Origin: Octopus sinensis
Taxonomy: Eukaryota
DNA length: 64,000 nt
Assembly (NCBI RefSeq): GCF_006345805.1
Contig: NC_043004.1
Location: 14,012,001-14,076,000 of the forward strand
Reading direction: 5' to 3'
In this document: piece by piece, positions 38,486-51,794 of the stretch
Numbering within the stretch: the stretch's first letter is position 1
Layout: each line of letters opens with the position of its first letter
Program-made: the position numbers and the translations under genes
The notes under the pieces: model-generated
Databases searched by the model: none
Told to the model about the DNA's origin: nothing
Seen by the model: only the letters and a program-made list of their open reading frames with translations

Positions 38486-39273
38486 CATATATATATATGT
38501 ATATATCTATATATATATACACATATATATATACTATATATATGTGTGTGTGTGTGTGTGTATGTGTGCGTGTGTGTGTGTTTGTCTATATATATATGTA
38601 TATCAATCAATCTATCTATCTATATAAAATATACAAAAAAGGGACAACAAAACATCCAGACAGACGATACAAAGAAAATAAAGACGGAGCATTCGGAGTT
38701 TTCTATCCTCAGTCAAGATGCTTATTTTACCGATCTCGAAAGGACAAAAGTTTAATTTGAACTCAGAACGTAAAGACGAAGAAATGCTGCGCAGCATTTT
38801 GCTCTGCACACTGACGTTTCTGCCAGCTCGTCGTCTAATATTTGACAAATATCGTTTCTACTCTAGGCAAAAGGCCCGAAATTTCGAGGGAGGGGGGGGG
38901 CAGTCGATTAGCTCAACCACATGATGCAACTGGTACTTAATTTATCTACTCCAAAAGGATGAAAGGCAAAGTCGACCTCACCGGAATTTGAACTCAGAAA
39001 GCAAAGATGGACAAAATACCGCTAAGCATTTCACCCTGCGTGCCAGTTCAAATTTGTCACAAATTCTCTTATTCTTTTATTCGTTTCAGTCATTTTGACT
39101 GTAGCCATGCTGGAGCACCGCGTTTAGTTGAGCAAATCGAACCCAGAACTTATTCTTTGTAAGCCTAGTATTTATTCTATCGGTCTCTTATGCAGAACCG
39201 CTAGGTTACGGGGACGTAAACACACCAGCATCGCTGTCAAGCGATGTGGGACACACACACACACACAACACAT

Positions 39274-39312
<39 letters not shown>

Positions 39313-39313
39313 C

Positions 39314-39315
<2 letters not shown>
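37650..39315 (+). repeat. Near-identical tandem duplication, period about 827 bp
   Basis: gggacaacaaaacatccagacag at 37814 and 38641. Everything between repeats, including SINE-B and SINE-A pieces; differences are mostly 1-nt indels. Confidence 0.92.
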
Positions 39316-39353
<38 letters not shown>

Positions 39354-39525
39354 TGTGTGTGTATACGACGGGCTTCTTTCAATTTCCGTCTACCAAATCC
39401 ACCCACAAGGCTTTGGTTGGCCCGAGGATATAGTAGATGACACTTGCCCAAGGTGCTACGCAGAGAGGCTGAACCTGGAATCATGTGGTTGGTTAGCAAG
39501 CTACTTACCACACAGCCACTCCTAA
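39070..39525 (-). mobile_element. SINE family A (the 3' half is also duplicated at about 38240-38425)
   Basis: Family blocks as above. Confidence 0.8.
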
Positions 39526-40017
39526 ATATTAAAAGAAAATTACAATTCAGCAGTCAAAGGTGGCTGTTAAATTCATTTGATCTTGGAAGTAGAAGATCAA
39601 ACCCCTCCCTTTCCATAAAAGCTAGAAAATTATAAAACATAGAAGAGAATACACAAATATACAAATAAACTAATAATCAATAAAGTAAAATAAAACATGC
39701 TTGTAATAAGCACATTTTCGACTAATTGACTCTGCTATAAGTCGCGACAAATTACGTAGCAGTTAAACACTTTATAATATAGTTTGAAATGTCTGAACAC
39801 TCATTTGTAAACTATTTAAATTAACAATAACTTTGAACTGAAAAAAGCTGAAGTCGGAAATGTAAACTAAATTTTTAAATGTTTTTAGTTGCCCGAGTGA
39901 AAAAAATATTGTTTTTTTCAATTATGACGGTAATTGTTCTGGAGATGTAACTAACTAACGCATCTTATGTTTATAGAGATTACAGTCGTTTTCATGGTTA
40001 GGAAGGCAAGTTATCCT

Positions 40018-40445
40018 TATATATCTTTCATTTGTTTCAGTCATGAGGCTGCGGCGATGCTGAGGCACCGCCTTGATGAATATTTAGTCGAATGAATCGA
40101 TCCCACTACTTTATTTATATTTTTAAAAGCCTGGTACTTATTATATCGAAAATCTCTTGCTGAACTGCTAGGTTACGGGGGCGTAAACACACCAACATTG
40201 GTTGTCGAGTGGTGGTGGGGAACAAACTCACAATTACTCAATCACACACGCACACATGCATATATACGTGCATACATACATACAGACAGACACACACATA
40301 CGACGGGCTTCTCTCAGTTTCCGACACAAGGCTCTGGTCGGCCCCAGACTATAATAAAAGACATTTATCCAAGGTACTACGTAGCAGGACTGAACCGGGA
40401 TCCATGTTGTTGGGAATCAAGTTCTTACAATCACGGTCACGCTAA
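40018..40445 (-). mobile_element. SINE family A
   Basis: Family blocks as above, more diverged. Confidence 0.7.
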
Positions 40446-41094
40446 CATGTTTCTTAATACATTCGCTTTTTTTCTTTTTTGTGGGCTTGTTCTAGAGTAT
40501 TTGAAATTAGCCATCTCAGTAAAGTAAATATTTATTTTCACGTGGTCTAGAATTCATAGGAACTTGTACCTGGTTTCCATGCTGTATAAATCAACGAGAT
40601 CACAACAACATTATGTAAGAACAGGATTCTAGGCCCTCGAAGGGTTACCCATCTATTGTCGAGTGGAGTGGAGCAATGTGAAATGAAGTGTTTAACTCAA
40701 GACCACAATACACCGCCCAGTCCCGTAATCGAAAACCTGGCCTTGCTGTCATAAGAACAATACCCTAATCCCTGGGCCACATATATTCTGCTTCTCCTTA
40801 AATTCAATGGCCAAGTGACAACTCATTGTTTAACTCAAGACAACAATACACCGTCCAGTCGCCTAATCGAAACCCCGACCTTGCTATTATAAGAGCAAAA
40901 CCCTAACCACTATACCACATATATCCTACTTCTTAAATTCAATGACCAACTGACCGCTCGTTGTTTTTCTCTTGATATCTAAGACTGTTTGAAATTATTC
41001 TAATAAATGTTAAATGTTTCACACAAAATACGTCACTTCGAACCCACAAATTTCGAAAAAAATGATTGTTAGATTCCCGTCTAATATAAGCAGA

Positions 41095-41473
41095 ATATCT
41101 AGAATTTTGGAAGATGGGGCTAGTCGATTACGTCATCCCCAGTGGTACTTATTTCATCGAACCCTCAAAAGGATGAAAGACAAAGTGCACCTCGGCGGAA
41201 TTTGATCTCAGAACATAACAGCGGACGGAAGGCCGCTAAGCGCCTTGTCCAGTGTGCTAACGATTCTCCCAGTTCGCCACCTTCATAATTGCGATACATT
41301 GTTTACAAATTTTGGTGCAAGGCGAGCAATTTGAGGGGGTGGAACGCGTCAGTGTGCTCAGATGGTACTTATTTTATCGACCCCGAAATGATGAAATACA
41401 AAATGAGCCTCTCCGGAAGCCTCTAAGCATCTTGCTTGTATGTTAACAAGTCTTTCCAATATCCGTCTTAATA

Positions 41474-41528
<55 letters not shown>

Positions 41529-41716
41529 TAATAATAATCCTTTTTACTATAGGCAGAAGTCCTGGAATTTGGAGGAGGTGGATTGTCGATTTCACCAACC
41601 CAGTGTTTTACTGGTACTTAATTTATCGACCCCAAAATGATGAAAGGTAAAATCAGCATCTGCGGAAGCCTCTAATCATTTTGCTTGTATGTTAATGATT
41701 CTGTCCATTCTCCGCC

Positions 41717-41754
<38 letters not shown>

Positions 41755-41990
41755 TATAATAATAATCCTTTCTACTATAAGCAGAAGGCCCAAATCTTTG
41801 TGGGATGGGGTTGGGGAGGGGGCTAGTCGATTGCATCGAGCCCAGTTTGTAACCGGTACTTATTACATCGACCTCGAAAGGATGAAGGCAAGCCGGACAT
41901 CGGTGAAAATTGAACTCAGAACGTAAAGACCGGCGAAATGCCGCTAGACATTTTGCTCGACGTGATGTCTATTCTGCCAGCTTACCGTCA
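41095..41990 (-). mobile_element. Cluster of four SINE family B copies separated by (AAT)n
   Basis: ggtactta.tt..atcga.c..c.aaa.gatgaa recurs at about 41145, 41365, 41612 and 41856. Confidence 0.8.
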
Positions 41991-41992
41991 TA

Positions 41993-42025
<33 letters not shown>

Positions 42026-42494
42026 TAATAATAAACAGATAGAAATTAAATACGAAACCAAGTGTAACGAAAGAAAGGAATAACACCTGCTCGGAAAACT
42101 GAGAGGAAGAGCGTGGGAGAGTAAAACGAGGTGGTGTAGCCGGCGACGAGATTAAGCTGCTCTTCAGAAGGTAATTTAAACGCTAATCCTCCGTTTTCTT
42201 TATATATCACAAGCGCCTCATTAGCATCGCTGATTGATCAATTAGAATAACAAAGACTCCGATTGTCAGTCTGAGGATAGGCAACGGCATTGTAATAACA
42301 GCAGAGTGAACGACCTAGTCTACTGTTAGCATACATCATAGAAGTGATGTGTTATCTGTCATTTATTCTCTCGGTTTCTTTTTCTTCTCTTCATACTTTT
42401 TCTATTGCTTCTCAATCTTGACTCAAATGTAACAGTCACCCGCGCGCACACACTGCAATACGGATATATTTCACACGTTTTTGAACACCTGGCC

Positions 42495-42548
<54 letters not shown>

Positions 42549-42574
42549 ATTCACACGTTTTTGAATAACTCACG

Positions 42575-43000
42575 GATCTTTTCGGTTTGAACGGCAGTTT
42601 TTTCTAGCGGTGTCATATGAAATTGTCACCCATAATTATGACCCTAGTATCGAGCTATTGCATTTCAATCTATTTTAGGGTTAGGGTTAGTTAGGGTTAG
42701 GATTAGGGGTGGGCGGAAGGGGATCTTTTTTTCTTCACAAACGTAAATAACCCCAATCTGTTTCTTAAACGAGGGACATATTCATACGGCACAGAATGTT
42801 TTTTTACCTCAAATACTTCAGTGATTGGTTGAAATTGCAGAAATTGAAGAAAAAACAACAAATATCTTAAAGACTATAGAATTTTCTCAATAAAGCCAAG
42901 AGAAAAAGATGTTTTATAAATACATTCTACCAGTAAAGGAATTTAAAAATTTTTTAGTTACCTAGAAATTATGTTAAAAACTGCCGTTCTAACCGATCCT
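42575..43000. mobile_element. MITE/HINE-like element with 20-bp TIRs and internal (TTAGGG)-like repeats
   Basis: cggtttgaacggcagttttt (42583-42602) and aaaaactgccgttctaaccg (42976-42995). ttagggttagggttagttagggttaggattagggg at about 42674-42709. Confidence 0.7.
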
Positions 43001-43789
43001 ATCTCACTGCGTATGTGTATGTATGTATGTATGTATGTATGTATGTATTATATATATATATATATATAAATTTTTATAATTATGAGTATAATTATAATTA
43101 GCGTTCAGCAAAAATTTGCTTCACCACATACCGAAATTTAGAAATAGCAGTTAAAACTAACTACTTCATTTATGGTGGATTCACTTCTTATGTCCATTCA
43201 GGTTTCTTGTAAGTAATTTCATATAGTTAGTTAGATAGTGAGAGTGTGTGTTTGTGTATTTGATTGTGTGTGTGTGTGTGTGTGTGTGCTATCTCGTTGT
43301 GGACGTGTGTATCAATGAGTAAAAAAGCATATTTGAGATATGAATTTGCTTAACAGAAACCTGAATGGATATAAGAATTGCATCCACCATAAATGAAGTT
43401 TGTACCTATACTGACAGTAGGCATATTGCGTTGTGGTTTCGCTATAAAAAAAAACTTTACTTGCTAACATCAATCAATATGAAACTGTTCTACGCAGCAG
43501 GGGGGGGGGAACGGAAAAATTGAAAAAAGAAGAAAAAAAAAAGAAAGAAGAAAAAATTGTGGTATAGTAATACTGATCTTAAATATTTGCTTGGGCCTAA
43601 CTTTGAAATGGAAACTTGAAAGTGTTGATTTCATACAATAATGTGTTTTACCTATCTCCCGATGAACGAATACCGCTACATGGGAAATATATTCGACACA
43701 GCCCCAATACCCATACGGTGAAACATGCATAATAAGCACATTTTCGCTTTCATGTTTGAAGAGAAAGGTGAGTGACGAAAGTGTTCAAT

Positions 43790-44066
43790 TACGAGGGTAC
43801 GCTTAAAAGTTCCTGGGATTGGGTAAAAGAAAATACAGGAGGATCAGTTAATTGTGATCTTATTCAAAATATTGCCCTCTCAGATTCATATACTAACTGC
43901 ATCGGTCCTTCAGTTTTTCTAAGCCCTGGAAAAGAACTTAGAAAGTTAGGCCTCCAACCAGGCCTTTCACGAATATATACATGTATGTATGAGACTATAT
44001 ACAACTATCCAACCATCCATCCATCCACCCTTGCAGCCAAGAACTTTTTTAGCACCCCATCCTATA
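43790..44066. mobile_element. Mariner-derived MITE remnant
   Basis: tacgagggtacgcttaaaagttcctgg versus ccaagaacttttttagcacccc: imperfect TIRs, no coding sequence. Confidence 0.4.
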
Positions 44067-44446
44067 TTTTTAATGTCCAGAAGCAATCTCGCATTTAGTG
44101 CACCCAAATAATAAAAAAGAAATATCAATGGGGCGTTTACGGAATTTTCTATATTTATCTCAAAAGATATTCCGTTAGTATTCAGCGCATATTTTACAAA
44201 CAGATATTGCAAACTAAAGTTTTTCAACATTTGCTGTTTCGCAGTGTAGCACACATGTCACGTAAATACACCTAAGTATTTAACATAATAAAATGCCATT
44301 TTTTACCTGTCGGTCACACTGGAAGAAGGAGATTAAAATAACAAACGAGGAGTGAGTGACGGTCAGAGGCGCTAAAAGCAGGTAAAATGTAGAGAATGTA
44401 TTCAGTTTATCAGTTTTATACACACTCAAACGCATCGATATACATA

Positions 44447-45012
44447 CTGGGTTGTCCGGAAAGTTCGTGCCGAATTATAGTAGCTTACATTTCGGCTTAT
44501 TTTAAAACACGGTTGAGTCCATAAAATAGGATTTGACTACACCTCCATTTAGAGCACAGTTTAAGCTATATTTTCGTAGAAGAAGATTTATGTTCCTATA
44601 ACCTATGTTAGTTCTGTAACCCTTTAAAATGGAAGATAAGAAAGTTCATTTTCGGCACTTGATGCTTTGGGAACCAGACAAAAATTGCTGCAGCTCGGCT
44701 GGGATGTGTTACCCCACACTCAATATTCACCAGATATTGCTCCTTCGGATTTCCACTTCTACAGGTTTCTGCAGAATAGTCTTAATGGTAAAAATTTCAA
44801 TTCCTTGGATGACGTAAAAAGATACCTTGATGAATTCTTTGCCATGAAATCACCTCCATTCTGGGAAGAGGGTATTTTCAAGTTAAAGGAAAGATGGAGA
44901 CGGATTGTGCAACAAAATAGTTCATATTTGGTTGATTAAAAATGTAATGGCAAGCATTTATTGGCCTTTTTCATTCCTTTAAAAATCGACACGAACTTTC
45001 CGGACAACCCAA
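44447..45012 (+). mobile_element. Internally deleted mariner (566 bp) with intact TIRs and TA TSD
   Basis: TIR ctgggttgtccggaaagttcgtgccga versus tcgacacgaactttccggacaacccaa. MEDKKVHFRHLMLWE is fused to TRQKLLQLGWDVLPH..YSPDIAPSDFHF..LQNSL..WEEGIFKLKERW. Confidence 0.92.
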
Positions 45013-45527
45013 TATAAATATTAAATCAATTATATATTCATATTTTGCCTTTGTTTTAGTCCATTTTACGAATGTCTGCATTTTCTGATACAAGCGCTAT
45101 TTCCTTTTCCAAGTAAATTATAACTTATTTTTCACTTCCTGGAAACAAGATGTTGTCAATGACATCAATTTCCTCGATCATGGACGGGTGAACAAACATG
45201 CGCGCGCCCACACACGTTCATTCACTCCTACACACTTCCACTCGCATACACATGTATGCATATCTATGAACATGCTTAGACGCGCATAAGTATATACATG
45301 TATATATGAGAGTATATACAACCATCCATCATCCGTCCATCCATCCATCATCCGTCCAACCATCCGTCCGTCCATCCATCCATCCATCCATCCATACATA
45401 TATATTTACACCACACACGCACATAAGGAGAGAGAGAGAGAGAGAGAGAGAGATTGTGTGATAGGCAGATAAACGTACATATAGGTTATATATATATACA
45501 TACATACACACACACATACATACATAC

Positions 45528-45570
<43 letters not shown>

Positions 45571-46065
45571 TAATAAATATATATATATATACACGCAATT
45601 TTGTCTCTTTGTGATTTTTTTAAATTAATCAATTACGTCAAGAGATATAATGATAATATAATGATAATTGAAGAGATATAAAGATAATTCTAGATAGCCA
45701 CCGCCCCAGCAACAATGGGCTTGATATAACAAATGGAACAGCATAACCTAAACATAAAATTATTTAATAACCATCATAAATAAAGCAAAACAAAAACATC
45801 AAAAAAGTAATGAGCATCCCGATCAAAAAAATGAATATATACAAACAAGTACCCTTCAATACAAACACTTCACTCGAAATCAAGACTAACTTACACAACC
45901 ATTAAAACGGACAAAGAGCCTTACAAAACAACAATCTCGATCTTAGTCTCTTTTAAGACCAAGCCCTAAATTCGGATAGCGACGGAGTGAAGAACGAATA
46001 ATGTAGCGTGTTTATTTGGCAATAAAATGATTAACCCGAAATATCTATAATATATATAATATATC

Positions 46066-46100
<35 letters not shown>

Positions 46101-46172
46101 TATTCCCATGATAGATCGCTAGTCGCTACACATTCTTTAACTTTCTCTCCTTGTTTTTTCTTTTCTGTATTC

Positions 46173-46208
46173 CTTTCTGTGGAAGAGCGTAGGCTCGAAA
46201 CATTAAAG
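46173..46208 (+). ncRNA. Degenerate minimal hammerhead ribozyme
   Basis: CUUU-CUGUGGA-A-GAGC(GUAG)GCUC-GAA-ACAU-U-AAAG. Stems I and II are intact; A6 to U and ACGU to ACAU (CpG-type change). Confidence 0.5.
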
Positions 46209-46749
46209 ACTCTTTCACTTCCCGAGCGTTATACTAATACATCTGTTTGTTGTCTACACTACCTGTCTTCGTCTTTTTTTTTTATTTTTTGTGAATTCTG
46301 TCTATATATATACACGGAAACACGCTTGCCCAGACACAGAATGAGGAGAAATAAGAAAGTGGGAAACAGGTAGATAATTGTATACGTGAAAGTTAGATCT
46401 AACATATGAAAGAAGATATGCATGTAGATAGTGAGACAGATGGATAATCATAGTAATAGTGAATATCTCTGCTGAAGGACCTCCAAGCAAAGCAGTTCGT
46501 TTATTCCTATAATTGCGCATAGCAGACATCGGAAGTAAATTTTTCGCTAATTGGATTTTAGTTAGCAACTGACTCGTTGGTATACTAAGTTCTATTCAAG
46601 CATACTTAATTGCTAGAAAAATATGTTTTTTACTAACGTATAGGAAATGAGTTGCGAATATTTCTAAAGCTATTTATTTGCATATATAAATATGGTAAGG
46701 GAAATAACTCAACTAGCTGACTGGCGTGATTTTGGATAGATATATTCGT

Positions 46750-47175
46750 TTCAAATTTTGGTTCAAGGCCATCAATTTCGGGGGCGGGGGTGTCGATTAC
46801 ATCAGCCACAATGCTCTACTGGTACTTGGTTTATCGACCCTTGAAAGATGGATGGGGAAGTGGACTTTGGTGGGACTTGAACTCAGAACGTAAAGGCGAA
46901 CCAAATGGTAATAAGAGATTTGTATGGCGTACTTACGACTCTACCAGCTCGCCGGCTTTGTCTGGATAATTATGTTGGTTTCACATTTTGTCCCAAGGCC
47001 AGTAGTTTCAAGAGTAAATCGATTACATCCACCTCAATGTTTAGCAGGTGCTTACTTCATCGATCCCGATTTGCTGAGTCGATCTCGGTGGAATGTGAAC
47101 TCACAACGTAAAGACGGTCAAAATGCTACTAAGCATTCTAGTTGGCGTACTGCCGATTTCGCAGAGTCACCGCTT
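46750..47175 (-). mobile_element. Two old tandem SINE family B copies
   Basis: caaggcca..atcgattacatc..gaactca.aacgtaaag twice, each followed by tctggataa. Confidence 0.65.
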
Positions 47176-47429
47176 TAATCTGGATAAATAGTTCAGCAAG
47201 TGATAAACTGAATGCTATACACGAAAATATTGATTGAAAATTTCTTATTTGATGCGAAAAGAAAACCTACCAGCATTTGGTAGCAACATTCAAAGAAAGA
47301 GAGGAAATAATTGTCTGAAAGCATTGTCTGAAAATTAACTTACATGCACATCGTCGTCTTTTGAAAAACGAAAAACAGTAAAAGGGGTGAATAGAATGCC
47401 TGACGGTAATAGCTTATGCTCTTTCGCAG

Positions 47430-47507
47430 TGAGGTCAAATCTCTCCACAGACAACTCTTCTCTCATTGTTTGGAGATCGATAAGTGATGTACCAATGGAG
47501 TATAGTG
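47430..47507 (+). CDS. Candidate 78-nt internal exon (phase 1-1): xRSNLSTDNSSLIVWRSISDVPMEYS
   Basis: Branch-like ctgac at 47400, acceptor gctctttcgcag, donor G|gtaagg, open frame, non-repetitive sequence. No homology or expression evidence. Confidence 0.3.
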
Positions 47508-47649
47508 GTAAGGTGGATGTATAATCGTGTCGAACGGGATGATATGGGAGGGTTATGTTCTATGTCTTTACACTCTGACACCGGTACAAAGACATATCGA
47601 CGAATGTCGTTATGTTGGACAACGTGGTGAGATGCATATATAAATACAT

Positions 47650-48052
47650 ATACTCTTTTACTTGTTTCAGTCATTAGAATGCGGCCATGCTGGAGCGCCG
47701 CCTTTAGTCGAGCAAATCGACCCCAGGACTTATTCTTTGTAAGCCTAGTACTTATTCTATCAGTCTCTTTTGCCGAACCGCTAAGTTACGGGGACGTAAA
47801 CACACCAGCATCGGTTGTCAAGCGACAAACACAGACACACAAACATATATACACACACATACATATATATACATATACACATATACATATACAATGGGAT
47901 TCTTTCAGTTTCCGTCTACGAAATCCACCCATAAGGCTTTGGTGGGCCCAAGGCTATGATAGAAGACACTTGCCCAAGGTGCCACGCAGTGGGACTGGAC
48001 CCGGAACCATGTGGTTCGTAAGCAAGCTACTTAGCACACAGCCACTCCTACG

Positions 48053-48056
<4 letters not shown>
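47650..48056 (-). mobile_element. SINE family A
   Basis: Near-consensus copy. The 203-aa ORF 47679-48290 is read through it. Confidence 0.85.
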
Positions 48057-48096
<40 letters not shown>

Positions 48097-48459
48097 GAGA
48101 GAGAGAGAGAGAGAAAGAGAAAGTGAGGGGTGAGACTTTAATTGTTATCTACTTGTGGTCTTCAAAAAAAAAATTGACCGTATCAACAACTGAGAACGGA
48201 AGTTTTCAGGAGCGGACCCACAATTCCATGAGATATACGAAAGCCTGTATATCTCATGGAATAGCCCGTATAACGTGCTTTACCTACTGACAGTGAAGAT
48301 AAAAAAATATGAGTTTGCTCACGTGGTTACGTTAGTCGTTCTTTACACACATCGTCGCATTTGCAAAAGTGCCATCAACTATAGACTCGATTCGACTACT
48401 CCCTTTTAAATGGAAACCCATCCTTTACCCAGAAGGACAGGCACACACGTGCGCATACC

Positions 48460-48825
48460 CATATATATGAATGTGAATTTGTGGTAGGAAGTTTGTGTGT
48501 GGATTTGTTACACGGAAACTGAAAGAAGCCCATCGTATATATATAAATACACACACACACACACCACACACACACACATATATATATATATGGGAGGGTG
48601 TATGTGTGTGAATGTCTTCGTATATTTGCTTGTCCTTCACCATAGCTTGACATTCGTTGATGGTGTGTATATGTCTCTGTAACATAGCGGCACGGCAAAA
48701 GTCATTGATGAAATAATTACCAAGCTTAGCAAATATGTGTTGAGGCCGATATGTTCAACTACAATGCCTTAAAATGGTGCCCCAGCATGGCCGTACCGTA
48801 ATCTAACGACTGAGACAGGAAATAT
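48460..48825 (+). mobile_element. SINE family A, 5'-truncated
   Basis: ggaaactgaaagaagcccatcg-(CA/TA)n-..cccagcatggccg. Confidence 0.65.
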
Positions 48826-48944
48826 AAATTATATATATAATATGTGATATATAATATAATATAATATAATATAATATAATATAATATAATATAATAATAT
48901 AATGTAATATTATATACATATATGTATATGTATATTCTCTATTC

Positions 48945-49446
<502 letters not shown>

Positions 49447-49494
49447 AATATATATACATTTATATACATTTATCTTATATTCTTTTATTCTTTT

Positions 49495-49875
49495 TCTTGT
49501 TTTAGTTATTTCACTGCGACCATGCTGGAACACTTGCCTTAAAGTGTTTTAGTAGAAGAAATCGACCAGAAGTCTTACTCTTGGCAATCCTAGTACTTTT
49601 TCTATTGGTGTCTTTTGTCGAACACACCAGCATCGGTGTGGGGACAAACGATGGTAGAGGGGGGGGGGGTAGCAAACACAGACACAAAGGCATACACACA
49701 TAAATATAAATTATATACGACGGGCTTCTTTCAGTTTCCGTCTACAAAATCAATTCACAAAGCTTTGGCCAACCAGAAGCTATAGTAGAAGGCACTTGCC
49801 GAAGGTGCAACGCAGTGGGAGTGAACTCTGAACCATGTGGTTTGGGAGGAAGCTTCTTGCTACACAGCCACACCT
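49495..49875 (-). mobile_element. SINE family A
   Basis: Family blocks as above. Confidence 0.75.
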
Positions 49876-49984
49876 GGGCCTCTCTCCTCCAGTGTGTCTG
49901 TCTGTCTCTCTGCCTCTATCTCTCTCTTTATACATTCATACAAATATGTGTGTGTGTGCGCGCGCGCGAATATATGTGTATATG

Positions 49985-50215
49985 TATATACATGCATGTA
50001 TTTGTGTGTCTGTGTTTGTTCCCCCACCATCACTTGACAACCGATGCTGATGTGCTTATGTTCCCGTTGCCTAGCGGTTCGGCAAAAACGACTGATAAGT
50101 ACTAGGCTTACAAAGAATACGTCCTGTTGTCCATTTGTTCGACTATAGTTGGTACTCCAGCATGGCCACAATCAAATGACTAGAGCAATTAAAAGAATAA
50201 AAGAATAAATGAATA
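49985..50215 (+). mobile_element. SINE family A, 3' half
   Basis: ttgacaaccgatgctg..cggttcggcaaaa..aagtactaggcttacaaagaat..ccagcatggcc. Confidence 0.75.
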
Positions 50216-50540
50216 AAAGAATGTATATATATATATATATAGTGTACGTGTTTAGTACTTACAGCCACTATGGTTCATAAATTTACTATGTCTTGGAATG
50301 GAATTTGTAGCAATCTTTAGGTGACATACACATAAAGTATGAGCCATCCTCACACAGGTTGTACGAATAATTTGAAATGACGATGTTAATTTCCGCTTCA
50401 GCATGCCCAGAGGAAAGGTCATATTATTGCACGTAACTCGTTACATATTATGTATAGCTTGAAGTGGATAAATTCCCTTAAGCTGGCTAATGCTATGAAA
50501 TACATACATAGATACATACATACATACATACATACATACA

Positions 50541-50576
<36 letters not shown>

Positions 50577-51692
50577 TATATATTATATATATATATATAC
50601 GTGCTTATGTATACATATATATTTGAACGTGTGTAGATAATATTGTGTAGTTAGAAACGTTGAAAATATTTTAGCATGCAAACAAATCATGTTTGTATGC
50701 ATGAACACACTTACACACACAAACACACATACACACACACTCACACACACACACATATATATATGTACATACTCACTCTTCTTCTGTCTCTATCTCTCTC
50801 TCACGCGCACACACACAGATACACATATAGAGCCAAGTGAAAATGATGAACAGTTAAACTTTCACGATAATTGTTATCTAGCTTATTTAATAAGGAAGAA
50901 CGTTGGTGTGAACTTTAAGAAGCAAATTAAAATTGAGAGAAACAAGAAAAAGAAGCGTACATAAGAATGTTATGTCATATGTATTATCATTTGTATATTT
51001 CTTTGTATTGCGTTATGATAGAAACAACATGACAACAGAAACATTATTTAGCTGAACTTACACAAAACTACAGTATAGATTAACAAGTAATATGTTAAGC
51101 TATTTCGTTGTAGTAATTATTATGAACAACAATTAGTGTGACGAAAGCAGCTGAGCTATATTGCTTATGTAGGAACAAAATATCAGTCTGTGAATTAGTT
51201 ATCTAATGAAATATCTGTGAAGAGAATTTGGCGTTTTTAAGTGAAATCGAAATACGGACCGCAGATGTTATGTTGAGAGGTTAGGGATTATAAGACCGAA
51301 GAGATTAACCATTTCATGTTTAATGCATTTGACATTAAATGGGAGATTTAAATCCCTTTCAGAAATGGAACTAAAACCTGTTGAATATGTACGACTGAAA
51401 AAAATATTTCTTATATTGCTCAGTGAATGCGATTAGATCAAGGTTGTTGTAAAATTAGGCAAAGGATCTATAGCTGCAAAAATATACTCGGATATTTCAG
51501 TGGGATTTATAACGGACTCTGAAGAGGCAACTCTTTGCAGGCGAACATTAGCATGGTACGTCGGAAAAAACATGAAAAAAAGCGGTATGGATAATTTTTG
51601 TCCGAAGAGATTGGCGTAATAGAATACAAAATTGCGTTATGGGAAACAGCTCTGATAAGTCAATGACTTAGACACGTCTCTGAATATACATG

Positions 51693-51793
<101 letters not shown>

Positions 51794-51794
51794 G

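Noticed and set aside
42674-42709. True telomere or chromosome fusion site
   Set aside because: Only about five degenerate units, one orientation, inside a TIR element.
47679-48290. 203-aa ORF
   Set aside because: Read through a SINE-A copy and microsatellites.
51000-51650. Possible decayed LINE ORF1-like coding sequence
   Set aside because: Only vague similarity, with stops in all frames.
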